DNA from: Bacteroides sp.
Lineage (GTDB): Bacteria > Bacteroidota > Bacteroidia > Bacteroidales > Muribaculaceae
DNA length: 64,000 bases
Assembly: GCA_014801785.1 (NCBI GenBank)
Contig: JAAVDN010000013.1
Span: forward strand, 920 to 64,919
Direction: 5' to 3'
Below, piece by piece: positions 18,516 to 26,756 of the stretch. The notes beneath the pieces are model-generated. The model searched no databases and was not told where the DNA came from. It was given only the letters and a program-made list of their open reading frames with translations. How positions within the stretch are numbered: the stretch's first letter is position 1; each line of letters starts with the position of its first letter. The translations under genes were made by a program, and so were the position numbers.

Positions 18516-18551
18516 TTAGAGTGTGTCCCACAAGAAATGTTGGCCGGGTCC
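18516..18551 (+). repeat. Junction repeat copy d
   Basis: ttagagtgtgtcccacaagaaatgttggccgggtcc; homologous along its length to copy c in the opposite orientation. Confidence 0.75.
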
Positions 18552-18555
18552 TTTA

Positions 18556-19818
18556 TTATCTTACCACTAATTTCCGACCATCTTTGACATCAACCGCAAC
18601 CCCTTTGAAATCTTTAGCTGTGGGACGTCCTGAAAGATCGTAAAAAGATTGGGTCTCGTTATTTGAGTCCTTTCCGAAGATTATATTAGGAATGCGGTTG
18701 CTTCCGGATGCAAAACTGCAAATCTCCTTCAAGGCCGGAAGTACGCGTCCGGTCATTGAATCAAAAAGCGGAGCGTTGTACCATCCTGACAAATCAGTAT
18801 TGAACGCGTTGTATTCCATCCACCACCAGAAGAGACCATCCACCTTCTCATGCGCCCTCAGCATATCGACAAGATCTTTTGCAAAATTCGCCTGCCCCTC
18901 CTCGCTGTAGGGATAATCGACAGGACAATTTGTGCCGGGAACTTCCCATCTGTATGAATAACCGGTCTCGACAACCATTATATCTTTATCAGGGAAATCA
19001 CTCTCAAGCGCGGAAAGGCTATTGTCAAGGGAAGAGAGCGGTCCGTGGAAATAGGGATAATAGCTCAATCCAATTATATCGTAATCTATCTCCATTCGCT
19101 CCATCTCGCGATAGAAATTCTCCTGCACCGGTATGTCGCCCGTGCGTTCGGTATGAAGCACAATTTCCGCATCCGGGCATACCTCCCTGCAGGCTTTTCC
19201 GGCACTCCTCAAAAGTTCTCCGAGACGCTCCCAGTTAGCATTGCTTCCCATGAATGTTTTCCTCTGATCCTCCTCCGGAGTCCCTTCCGGCCCCCATAAC
19301 ATTCCGTAGCTTATCTCGTTTCCTGTCTGAATGAAGTCCGGGGTTATTCCGGCCTCACCGAGTGACAGCAACGATTGGCGTGTGTAGTCATAAAGAGCCT
19401 GTGCAAGCTCACCATCATCCAGTCCCTCCCATACTTTGGGAGTGTACTGCTTGGCGGGATCGGCCCACGTATCGGAATAATGGAAATCCAGCATAAGAGC
19501 CATCCCCTCCTGCTTTATTCTTTTGCAAAGCGGTATGACGCTTTCAATGGTCTGACAGGCGTTCGGGTCAGCATCCTCTCCTTTATAATCCTCGGGATTG
19601 ACGAATACACGGACGCGCATCGCGTTCATTCCTTCCTGCCGCAGAAAGGGTAATAGATTTTCTATCGGCTTCCCGGATTCATCCTTATATACCGCTCCGG
19701 CCTCTTCATATTCCGGCAAAAGAGAGATATCTCCGCCGACATATCTTTCAGCACTCAGGTTTAAGGTAGTTATGCCACCCATGGTAAGGATAACACACAA
19801 ACGTGTAATATTCTTCAT
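18556..19818 (-). CDS. GH53 endo-beta-1,4-galactanase with short C-terminal secretion tail
   Basis: GGDIS, RVRVFVNP, LDFHYSDTWADPAKQ, QTGNEI, IGLSYYP, VETGY; tail FYDLSGR...GRKLVVR. Confidence 0.92.
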   Translation of the reverse strand: MKNITRLCVILTMGGITTLNLSAERYVGGDISLLPEYEEAGAVYKDESGKPIENLLPFLRQEGMNAMRVRVFVNPEDYKGEDADPNACQTIESVIPLCKRIKQEGMALMLDFHYSDTWADPAKQYTPKVWEGLDDGELAQALYDYTRQSLLSLGEAGITPDFIQTGNEISYGMLWGPEGTPEEDQRKTFMGSNANWERLGELLRSAGKACREVCPDAEIVLHTERTGDIPVQENFYREMERMEIDYDIIGLSYYPYFHGPLSSLDNSLSALESDFPDKDIMVVETGYSYRWEVPGTNCPVDYPYSEEGQANFAKDLVDMLRAHEKVDGLFWWWMEYNAFNTDLSGWYNAPLFDSMTGRVLPALKEICSFASGSNRIPNIIFGKDSNNETQSFYDLSGRPTAKDFKGVAVDVKDGRKLVVR

Positions 19819-19843
19819 ACTCTTAACAAGATTGTGGTGTCAT

Positions 19844-20227
19844 TCAGCCCATACACAGTCTGAACTTATCCTCATAAGCGGAGATAAGATAGTTAGCCAG
19901 GACTATAGCGTTGTTCTCGTGTTCATTTTTGGAAGAATAAAGGAGCGTGACAACAGATTTATCTTCCAATGAAGCTACAAAATCCTTCATTGCAGGATTC
20001 TCTTTCAATTCCGCCCGATACTTCTCCTCGAAATCCTCCCAATGAAGATCCGGATTATCATGGAACCAATGGCGCAACGAATCGCTCGGAGCAATCTCTT
20101 TATCCCATGCGTCATAATGGAATGTCTCGTGAGAGAGTCCGCGCGGCCACAATCTGTCAACATATACACGGTACCCCTCCCCCTCTCCCTCCGGGACGTA
20201 TGCCCTTCCAAGTCTAATCTCTGTCAT
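19844..20227 (-). CDS. DUF488 / YeaO family protein
   Basis: GYRVYVDRLWPRGLS, W.KEIAPSD.LR.WF, VTLLYS, HNNA-like ENNAIVL. Confidence 0.9.
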   Translation of the reverse strand: MTEIRLGRAYVPEGEGEGYRVYVDRLWPRGLSHETFHYDAWDKEIAPSDSLRHWFHDNPDLHWEDFEEKYRAELKENPAMKDFVASLEDKSVVTLLYSSKNEHENNAIVLANYLISAYEDKFRLCMG

Positions 20228-20305
20228 AGCTTATTGTTTTATGCGTTCATTCCTTCTCCCGATCTCATTACAGTTCTCTATATTATAACACTGTTTGCCC
20301 CACTT

Positions 20306-20863
20306 TTATGACTCTCCGATTAACATGCTGTAATCAGCCATGAAATTACGATACTGTCTGATTCCTCCGTATATTCCGAAACAGGCACCTATGACCGCTC
20401 CCTGAATCAATACATAATCCATCCGGATCGAATAGATAAAGAATATCATGACAATCAACATCATAGGAATCAGAATCGCCATAAACAGATGATGACGCTT
20501 CTTGCAATATGCCGCGCGACGTGCGACCTCTTCAGCATTCATCCCCACTACGTCAATGCTGCGTACTTTCGAGAACAACCACCAGTCCATACATGATGCA
20601 GTTCCGAAATAGACGCAAAAGAGCCATGCCGTCCATTTATTCGCCACTTCCGGAAACAATCTGTTGTAGAAGGCGAACATTACAGGAATAAAAACCATCC
20701 CTATAATCGCGAAGGTCTTATAGCGGCGGGCCAGGTCATCGAGTGCTGTTCTTCTTTTCTGCATCAACGGACCTCTACGGTCTCCATGCCCCATCTCCCT
20801 CTCCAATTTCTCAAGACGTCGGTTTGTGTCCTTCCACGCTTGAATCATCTCTTCCTGTGTCAT
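20306..20863 (-). CDS. Four-TM membrane protein, probable anti-sigma partner of the adjacent ECF sigma factor
   Basis: Starts 22 nt after the ECF stop; N-terminal EEMIQAW coiled segment, then four hydrophobic stretches. The role is inferred. Confidence 0.6.
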   Translation of the reverse strand: MTQEEMIQAWKDTNRRLEKLEREMGHGDRRGPLMQKRRTALDDLARRYKTFAIIGMVFIPVMFAFYNRLFPEVANKWTAWLFCVYFGTASCMDWWLFSKVRSIDVVGMNAEEVARRAAYCKKRHHLFMAILIPMMLIVMIFFIYSIRMDYVLIQGAVIGACFGIYGGIRQYRNFMADYSMLIGES

Positions 20864-20885
20864 ATCTATGATTGTATATAATTAT

Positions 20886-21482
20886 TTATTTAATCTGTCC
20901 GGCTATCTCCTTCATACGCTCCTTGATTCTATGGATCCGCACTCCGACATTTCCGGGAGTGATACCTGTAACCTCCGCGATCTCGGCATAACTCCTCCCG
21001 TCAAGCCACATCATTATTATTCCGCGGTCAACAAGCGATATTCTGCCAAGAACAGCATGTAGAGTTGCTATCCTTCCGGCATCGGAATCTGCGTTATACT
21101 CCGGTTCGGTCAGCAACGCACTCAAAGGTTCGGTCTTCGGACGGCGTGACGCGCTCCTGTAAGAGGCGATGCAGGTATTGATGACTATCCGATAGATCCA
21201 TGTCGAGAGCTCGCTCTCTCCTCTGAAACTTTCCAATCCGCGCCAGATATTTATAAGGCAATCCTGACACAAATCCTCAACCGGCATCCTGTCTGTGGCA
21301 TATTGGAAACAGAGACGCATAATCAGGCTCTCATACTTTTCCGCCACTCTGCGGAAACGGGCCTCTCTATCAGCTCTATTCTCTCCCTGTTCTTTAATTC
21401 CCCCGACCACACGGAGTATAATATCCGAAAACCAGTCTCCGGGACTCTTTCCCTCCTCACCAGTTGAATATGTTGCCGTCAT
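20886..21482 (-). CDS. ECF sigma-70 factor
   Basis: EDLCQD..INIW, FRGESELSTWIYRI..NT, SYAEIAEVTG, V.VRIHRIK. Confidence 0.93.
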   Translation of the reverse strand: MTATYSTGEEGKSPGDWFSDIILRVVGGIKEQGENRADREARFRRVAEKYESLIMRLCFQYATDRMPVEDLCQDCLINIWRGLESFRGESELSTWIYRIVINTCIASYRSASRRPKTEPLSALLTEPEYNADSDAGRIATLHAVLGRISLVDRGIIMMWLDGRSYAEIAEVTGITPGNVGVRIHRIKERMKEIAGQIK

Positions 21483-21508
21483 ACCTTAATATTGTTCGTT
21501 TGAATATT

Positions 21509-21537
21509 TAGACGCCGCTCTCACTTCAATTATTACA
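21509..21537 (-). promoter_or_regulatory. Candidate ECF autoregulatory promoter TGTAAT-N17-CGTCTA
   Basis: Minus strand tgtaat-aattgaagtgagagcgg-cgtcta just upstream of the ECF gene; -10 CGT boxes are typical of ECF promoters. Confidence 0.6.
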
Positions 21538-21570
21538 ATCAACCGTATTTTTTAATTAAATCACTGCAAA

Positions 21571-21894
21571 CTAATCACTTATATAACTGATCCAGGCGTA
21601 AGGGTGTCGGCGGGAAAGGTAATGACAACTGGATTCGTTGGCATAGGCTTCGCGTTCGAAGGATATTGATCGATAGGCCCGGTCGTGGTCGCGGTATATA
21701 AGTAGCTTGACGAGATACTCAAGAAGATAGAAGATATAGAAGGGCAGATAGAGCATTTCGCGCATCTGTGCAGTATGAATCCGTTCGTGGCGCAATACAC
21801 GCGGACCTATCCATGAGGTATCGCGGCTCCATACCATCCCGAAAAGATTGACACAATATCTCTTTGGAATTAAGCGGCACTCTACAACAATCAT
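21571..21894 (-). CDS. Conserved hypothetical protein with HExxH-like motif
   Basis: NLFG, RHERIHTAQMREMLY.PFY..Y, AYRSISFEREAY; start uncertain (21894 or 21918). Confidence 0.7.
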   Translation of the reverse strand: MIVVECRLIPKRYCVNLFGMVWSRDTSWIGPRVLRHERIHTAQMREMLYLPFYIFYLLEYLVKLLIYRDHDRAYRSISFEREAYANESSCHYLSRRHPYAWISYISD

Positions 21895-21942
21895 TCCTCC
21901 ACGTCTCTTTATTTTCATAAGGCAGCTGGCTTCTGACATATC

Positions 21943-21975
21943 AACGGGGACTACAGTTTTTCTGCAATCCCCGTT
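21943..21975. terminator. Hairpin downstream of the C10 peptidase
   Basis: aacgggga...tccccgtt stem. Confidence 0.5.
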
Positions 21976-22008
21976 ACTTTAAATTTATCAGCTACTTAAA
22001 ACTGTGAT

Positions 22009-24264
22009 TTATCGGACAATAATCTTACGACCGTTGACAACATAGACGCCCGGCTCTAATATGCTTTGGAGACGACGACCGGTAAGGTCATAGATGAGGT
22101 TCTCCTCTTCATCAGCTCCAACTGTCTCGACTGCTGTCTGGCTCCGTTTGATTTCAAAGACCTCGGGACCTTTCAGCTGAATATCTCCCGTATAGAGGAC
22201 AGCCATATAACGCCCGTCATCAAGGTCATCAAGATTCATGACAACATCCGTAACCTTCTCCTGACCATCAAGCAGATAGAGTGAGTCTCCATCCTTGCTG
22301 ACAATCGAATAGCCTCCGGGATAAGGGAAGATGGTGACACGGGGATTTCCATAGAAATATCCTTCCGTGCAACTGAACATAAACGAGAATTTCACCTCTG
22401 CGGGATTCGTCACTACATTTCCTCCCTCGATACGGAAATCGGATGCGGATACCGTATTCTTCTCAGGCAACTCCTCAAAGGTGATAGGAATCATTTCGGA
22501 TATATCCTTGCCATCCACATCGCGGAAGACGAGCCTGTACGCTCCGGCTCCAAACTCCTTACCATCAACTTTCCGGAACTCAGCGCGATAATCAGAGACA
22601 CGCACGGATTCTCCTGCCAGAACATCCATCGGGCGATATACTGAGGCAGCGACCACCTCCTCATCCTCATTAAGGATATAGGGAGTAATACGGTTATAGA
22701 ACTCAAGGGCGGTTCCGTTAGTGACTGTAAATTCCATTGGGAAACCTCCGTCGTAAAAGACTTTATCCGGGAATGTCACATCAGAAACGGTTACCGATGC
22801 CTGCGTCTGGTCGGCAAAAGTAGCTGTTCCGTCAACAACCGTAGCAGTCACGACTCCTGAGTAACCAAGAGGCACGCGGACATCTGTCTTCTCCCCGTCT
22901 ATATCGAGGACAGGACTTATTTCGTAGACTCCATCATGCAGCTCCGGGAACTCAAAACGGAGGTCTGTCCGGTAATAAAGTATTCCCAAACCGGAATAGT
23001 TGTTATTTCCAAGATAGAGGGGTTCTCCACCCTCCTTATTGACTATCTTGACCTGCAGTCTCGCGCCTTCGGGAAGTGAGGACATACTATAATTGAGATA
23101 ACGGCCATCGAAGGAGATATACTCTCCGGCGGATACACTCTCCCGGTCAGCGCGAAATTCCTCACCATCATACAGTATATAATTACGCTTGTCTCCCGCT
23201 TCCGGGGGACGGACGCCAAGAGCTATCGTCTGACCGGAGTTGAAGCCCCCGGCTCCTCCTCCGACACCCAAAGAATCGGGGTCGAGGGCCGTCAGAAGGA
23301 AGTAACCGTCGCTCATTCCTCCCCACCCCCAGTTGAAATGGAAATATCCGCTACCGTCGTAGCCATCGCATATAAACTGGTGACCACCTCCTGTGCCGCT
23401 GCCGCTGTAAAGAACCGGCATACCTTTCGCCAGATCGGCATAAACCATCGATTCCCATTCGTCATATCCGTAATAATCGCGATGAGGCATCCAAATCGAA
23501 GGGCTGTAACCGAAAATATCAATAAGAGAACACCCCATGACGATAGTTGCCGCCCCGCTCGCTCCGGGACTATAGTGCATATCCACACTGATTCCGCAGG
23601 CGAGCATCAGTTCGGCTACCGCATGACGCTCCTCTTCGGTACTGGCGGCGCTATATGTGTCGGTCATGAGATCCCACTGGAAATCGGTATTCTCATAATC
23701 GAAGGAAAGTTCCTCACCTTTGCGCCATTCGTAGGAATGCGTTCCGATTCCGTGGAGAGGATAATTGTAATATTTCATCTGCTGAGCCATCGCTGTCGCG
23801 ACACACCCGGTGACAACGGCATGGCCGTCATATAACGGACAAAGCTCATTGTATGGAGCTTCCTGATTCCACTTTGTCTTTATCAGCGGAGCGATCGGAG
23901 CGCGCGGAGAACGCCATGTCATATCCCCTCCTTGATAATCTTTGGAAGCCTGGCTGAGCTGACGGTTATAGAATTCCATCCAATAGGTCACCCCCGGATT
24001 ATCTTCGGAGAACTTGCCGTTATCCGAATATGCAAGCAGGGCCGGAGCTACGTCTGTTGCGGGCAGAATCATGAAACCCTCCCCTGTGGTGAAGACATAG
24101 AGTTCGCCTACGGTTTTATCCAGCCGCGGCTGAACAGCAGATACAATCCTTCGCGATTGACCTGAGTTATTGAGGCGAGCGAGCGCCTGTTCGGGGGTCA
24201 GTCTGTCAGCCTGCGCGCCTGCAGCAACAGCTACGCCCAAAAGTGCAAGTAGATATTTTTTCAT
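22009..24264 (-). CDS. C10-family (streptopain/SpeB-like) cysteine peptidase with prodomain and secretion tail
   Basis: WNQEAPYN, TGCVATAMAQ (Cys), GGHQFICDGY (His), HFNWGWGG; tail IYDLTGRR....PGVYVVNGRKIIVR. Confidence 0.93.
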   Translation of the reverse strand: MKKYLLALLGVAVAAGAQADRLTPEQALARLNNSGQSRRIVSAVQPRLDKTVGELYVFTTGEGFMILPATDVAPALLAYSDNGKFSEDNPGVTYWMEFYNRQLSQASKDYQGGDMTWRSPRAPIAPLIKTKWNQEAPYNELCPLYDGHAVVTGCVATAMAQQMKYYNYPLHGIGTHSYEWRKGEELSFDYENTDFQWDLMTDTYSAASTEEERHAVAELMLACGISVDMHYSPGASGAATIVMGCSLIDIFGYSPSIWMPHRDYYGYDEWESMVYADLAKGMPVLYSGSGTGGGHQFICDGYDGSGYFHFNWGWGGMSDGYFLLTALDPDSLGVGGGAGGFNSGQTIALGVRPPEAGDKRNYILYDGEEFRADRESVSAGEYISFDGRYLNYSMSSLPEGARLQVKIVNKEGGEPLYLGNNNYSGLGILYYRTDLRFEFPELHDGVYEISPVLDIDGEKTDVRVPLGYSGVVTATVVDGTATFADQTQASVTVSDVTFPDKVFYDGGFPMEFTVTNGTALEFYNRITPYILNEDEEVVAASVYRPMDVLAGESVRVSDYRAEFRKVDGKEFGAGAYRLVFRDVDGKDISEMIPITFEELPEKNTVSASDFRIEGGNVVTNPAEVKFSFMFSCTEGYFYGNPRVTIFPYPGGYSIVSKDGDSLYLLDGQEKVTDVVMNLDDLDDGRYMAVLYTGDIQLKGPEVFEIKRSQTAVETVGADEEENLIYDLTGRRLQSILEPGVYVVNGRKIIVR

Positions 24265-24298
24265 AGTGGTTAATTGAAACAGCAAAAGTTAAACGCAT

Positions 24299-24336
24299 GA
24301 TGAGCCTGTCCCATCGTTTTGACGGAACAGGCTCAT
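24299..24336. repeat. Short palindrome with GAGCCTGTYCC arms
   Basis: atgagcctgtcccatc / gacggaacaggctcat; the arms resemble the element ends seen elsewhere in the window. Confidence 0.6.
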
Positions 24337-24406
24337 TACGCTTGAGTTTTCTATAATTTTCGTCATGGGGTCACTTTCTGAACTCGTGACGTTTTTCTAA
24401 TCATTC

Positions 24407-24667
24407 TTACTTCTTGTGGAGAAACTCGTTGGCTTTCTCCTTGACGCTGTCAAGAACCTCTTTCCCCTTTTCGGTGTCGACAAGATGCTTCGCCTTATCG
24501 ATAACATCCTTCACCTTATCGCTGCTTACAGCCTCCTTGGCCTTGTCAAGAGCCTCTTTGGCCTTATCGCTATTGATAAGATCGGTCGCCTTCTCGACTG
24601 CGCCCTTCACGGCGTCATTATTCACCAGACCCTCGGCCTTCTCCTTAAGTTGATCAAACATAGACAT
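24407..24667 (-). CDS. Small hydrophilic protein with four 16-aa amphipathic repeats (LEA/CsbD-like)
   Basis: VNNDAVKGAVEKATDL / INSDKAKEALDKAKEA / VSSDKVKDVIDKAKHL / VDTEKGKEVLDSVKEK. Confidence 0.75.
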   Translation of the reverse strand: MSMFDQLKEKAEGLVNNDAVKGAVEKATDLINSDKAKEALDKAKEAVSSDKVKDVIDKAKHLVDTEKGKEVLDSVKEKANEFLHKK

Positions 24668-24796
24668 AGTTCTAAAGTTTAATGGGTTAATAATCGGTTT
24701 ATCTGTCATTCAAACATCTATCCTTGCCAAATGGTTGACTGTTGCGACAAAAAATATTTAAGTAACTGCTAAAAATTATCCCCGCCGTTCCCTCCT

Positions 24797-24900
24797 GTAG
24801 GGGCGCAATAAATTGCGCCCCCATTGAATTGCATCCCTATTGAATTGCACCCGCATTGAATCCCCCCGTCATGAATAGCCCCCCCGCAATAAATCGGCGT
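24797..24900 (+). repeat. GTAG-type REP palindrome followed by decaying ~16-bp tandem derivatives
   Basis: GTAG-GGGCGCAAT-AA-ATTGCGCCC (24797-24820), then cc.attgaattgca-like units. Confidence 0.75.
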
Positions 24901-24964
24901 CTATATGTCAAAATAAGATTTTCAAACTGAAAATCTTAAGGCATCATTAAGTTGTTGTAACGAT

Positions 24965-26662
24965 ATGGAGATAATTGTAGATTTTTTTCGGGGACATCCC
25001 CTGATTCCACTTTTCTTGACCGTCGGACTCGGTTTCTGGCTCGGACGACAACGTTTCAAGGGCTTTTCGATGGGTGGCGTGGCCGCTACTCTTATTGTCG
25101 GCGTCATCATCGGACAGATGAAAATTGTCATCCCCGACATGGTCAAGACTATTTTTTTCCTTTTCTTTCTCTTCTCTATAGGTTATAGTGTCGGTCCGCA
25201 GTTTTTCCGATCCTTCCGCGGGGCTGGAACAAAGATGGTTTTATTCTCCATTGTCGAAGCTCTCATCTGCGCCGCGACTGTATGGATTGCAGCCAGAGTC
25301 ATGGGCTATAATAATGGAGTGGCAACCGGGCTATATGCCGGCTCGCAAACAGCATCCGCATGTCTCGGAATGGTCGGTGACACTGTCCGCGAAATGCCGC
25401 TCGACCAGGATAAACGAGAATATCTGCTGATGATTATCCCCGCCTGTTATGCCGTCACCTACGTTTTCGGAACTCTTGGTTCCGCCTGGTTTCTTTCGGT
25501 CATCGGTCCGAAAATGCTTGGCGGCCTCACAAAAGTCCGCGAAGACTGCGCCCGTCAGGAAGAAGCTCTCGACGGAGGCACCGATGCAGTGTCGCCGGGC
25601 GATATACGCGCTGGGCGCCCCGTCGTTTTTCGTGCTTTCCTGACTGAGAGCGACCTCTTCTCCTCTCCTCTTTCGGTCTCGGATCTGGAGCAACGGTTAG
25701 CCGCAGACGGCAACCGTATAATGATTGAACGCGTTCGCCATGAGTCGCAGACTTGCGATATAACGCCACAAACGACAATCTGCAAGGGAGACACGATTGT
25801 TATCGCCGGACGGAAGGAAGCTGTTGTCGGGTGCGGAACAGAGATTGGTAAAGAGGTTGTCGATCCGGAGCTGTTGAATTTCAGCGCACGCAAAACTCCC
25901 GTGACTGTTTCCAATCATGGAGCTGCAGGTATGACTTTAGGAGAGCTAAGAGGGATGAAATTCATGAACGGCATCCTGATTGCATCCGTGAAGCGCAACG
26001 GAATGTCACTTCCGGTCCGAAATCGCACTATCCTCGATCCCGGAGATGTCATCACGATTGTCGGATTCCCGCGTGGAGTCGCGCTGGCAGCTTCCAAGAT
26101 TGGCTATGCTGATCCGGAAAGCAATATAACAGATATGGTTTTCGTCGGGTTAGGTATCGCGATGGGATGCCTCATCGGTTCATTGGCAATTAATTTCAAA
26201 GGTCTCCCCCTCTCGCTGGGAGTCAGTGTCGGCACACTGATTGCGGGTCTATGTCTCGGTTGGTTGCGCAACAGACGTCCGACGTTCGGACATATCCCGT
26301 CGTCGGCAAGCTGGCTGATGAGCAATCTCGGTGTCAATATGTTCATCGGAATTATCGGTTTGACGGCGGGAGCACATTTCCTTCATGGTCTTCGGGAGGC
26401 CGGATGGTGGATTTTCCTTGTCGGTGCGATCTGCACTCTGTTAACTCTTATAATCGGGATTCTGCTCGGGAAAAAAGTGTTTCGCTTCACATCTCCCGAG
26501 ATTCTCGGATGTGTGGCCGGTTCGCGCTGTGCTGTGGCCGCTATCGGAGCAGTCCTTGACAAGCTTGAAAGCGACGTGCCCAACTTAGCCTATACCATCA
26601 GCTATGCGGTAGCAAACGTTGCGCTTGTCTTCTCAAGTCTTCTGGTCCTTTTCCTTGTGTAA
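24965..26662 (+). CDS. aspT: Aspartate:alanine antiporter (AspT/YidE family)
   Basis: FLFSIGYSVGPQFF, GLYAGSQT.SA, YAVTYVFGT, two TrkA-C domains, Y.ISYAVAN. Confidence 0.85.
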   Translation: MEIIVDFFRGHPLIPLFLTVGLGFWLGRQRFKGFSMGGVAATLIVGVIIGQMKIVIPDMVKTIFFLFFLFSIGYSVGPQFFRSFRGAGTKMVLFSIVEALICAATVWIAARVMGYNNGVATGLYAGSQTASACLGMVGDTVREMPLDQDKREYLLMIIPACYAVTYVFGTLGSAWFLSVIGPKMLGGLTKVREDCARQEEALDGGTDAVSPGDIRAGRPVVFRAFLTESDLFSSPLSVSDLEQRLAADGNRIMIERVRHESQTCDITPQTTICKGDTIVIAGRKEAVVGCGTEIGKEVVDPELLNFSARKTPVTVSNHGAAGMTLGELRGMKFMNGILIASVKRNGMSLPVRNRTILDPGDVITIVGFPRGVALAASKIGYADPESNITDMVFVGLGIAMGCLIGSLAINFKGLPLSLGVSVGTLIAGLCLGWLRNRRPTFGHIPSSASWLMSNLGVNMFIGIIGLTAGAHFLHGLREAGWWIFLVGAICTLLTLIIGILLGKKVFRFTSPEILGCVAGSRCAVAAIGAVLDKLESDVPNLAYTISYAVANVALVFSSLLVLFLV

Positions 26663-26693
26663 GGACCACCCACATCAGCAACTGATTTATATA

Positions 26694-26745
26694 ACAAAAA
26701 ATGTCAACGCCCGGAATTTGCGTTCCGGGCGTTGACATTTTTTGT
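26694..26745. terminator. Bidirectional intrinsic terminator
   Basis: acaaaaaatgtcaacgcccggaa / ttccgggcgttgacattttttgt. Confidence 0.9.
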
Positions 26746-26756
26746 AGGATGGAGTT

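Noticed and set aside
24797-24900. Possible CRISPR array
   Set aside because: Units are adjacent, ~16 bp and degenerate, with no unique spacers and no cas genes.
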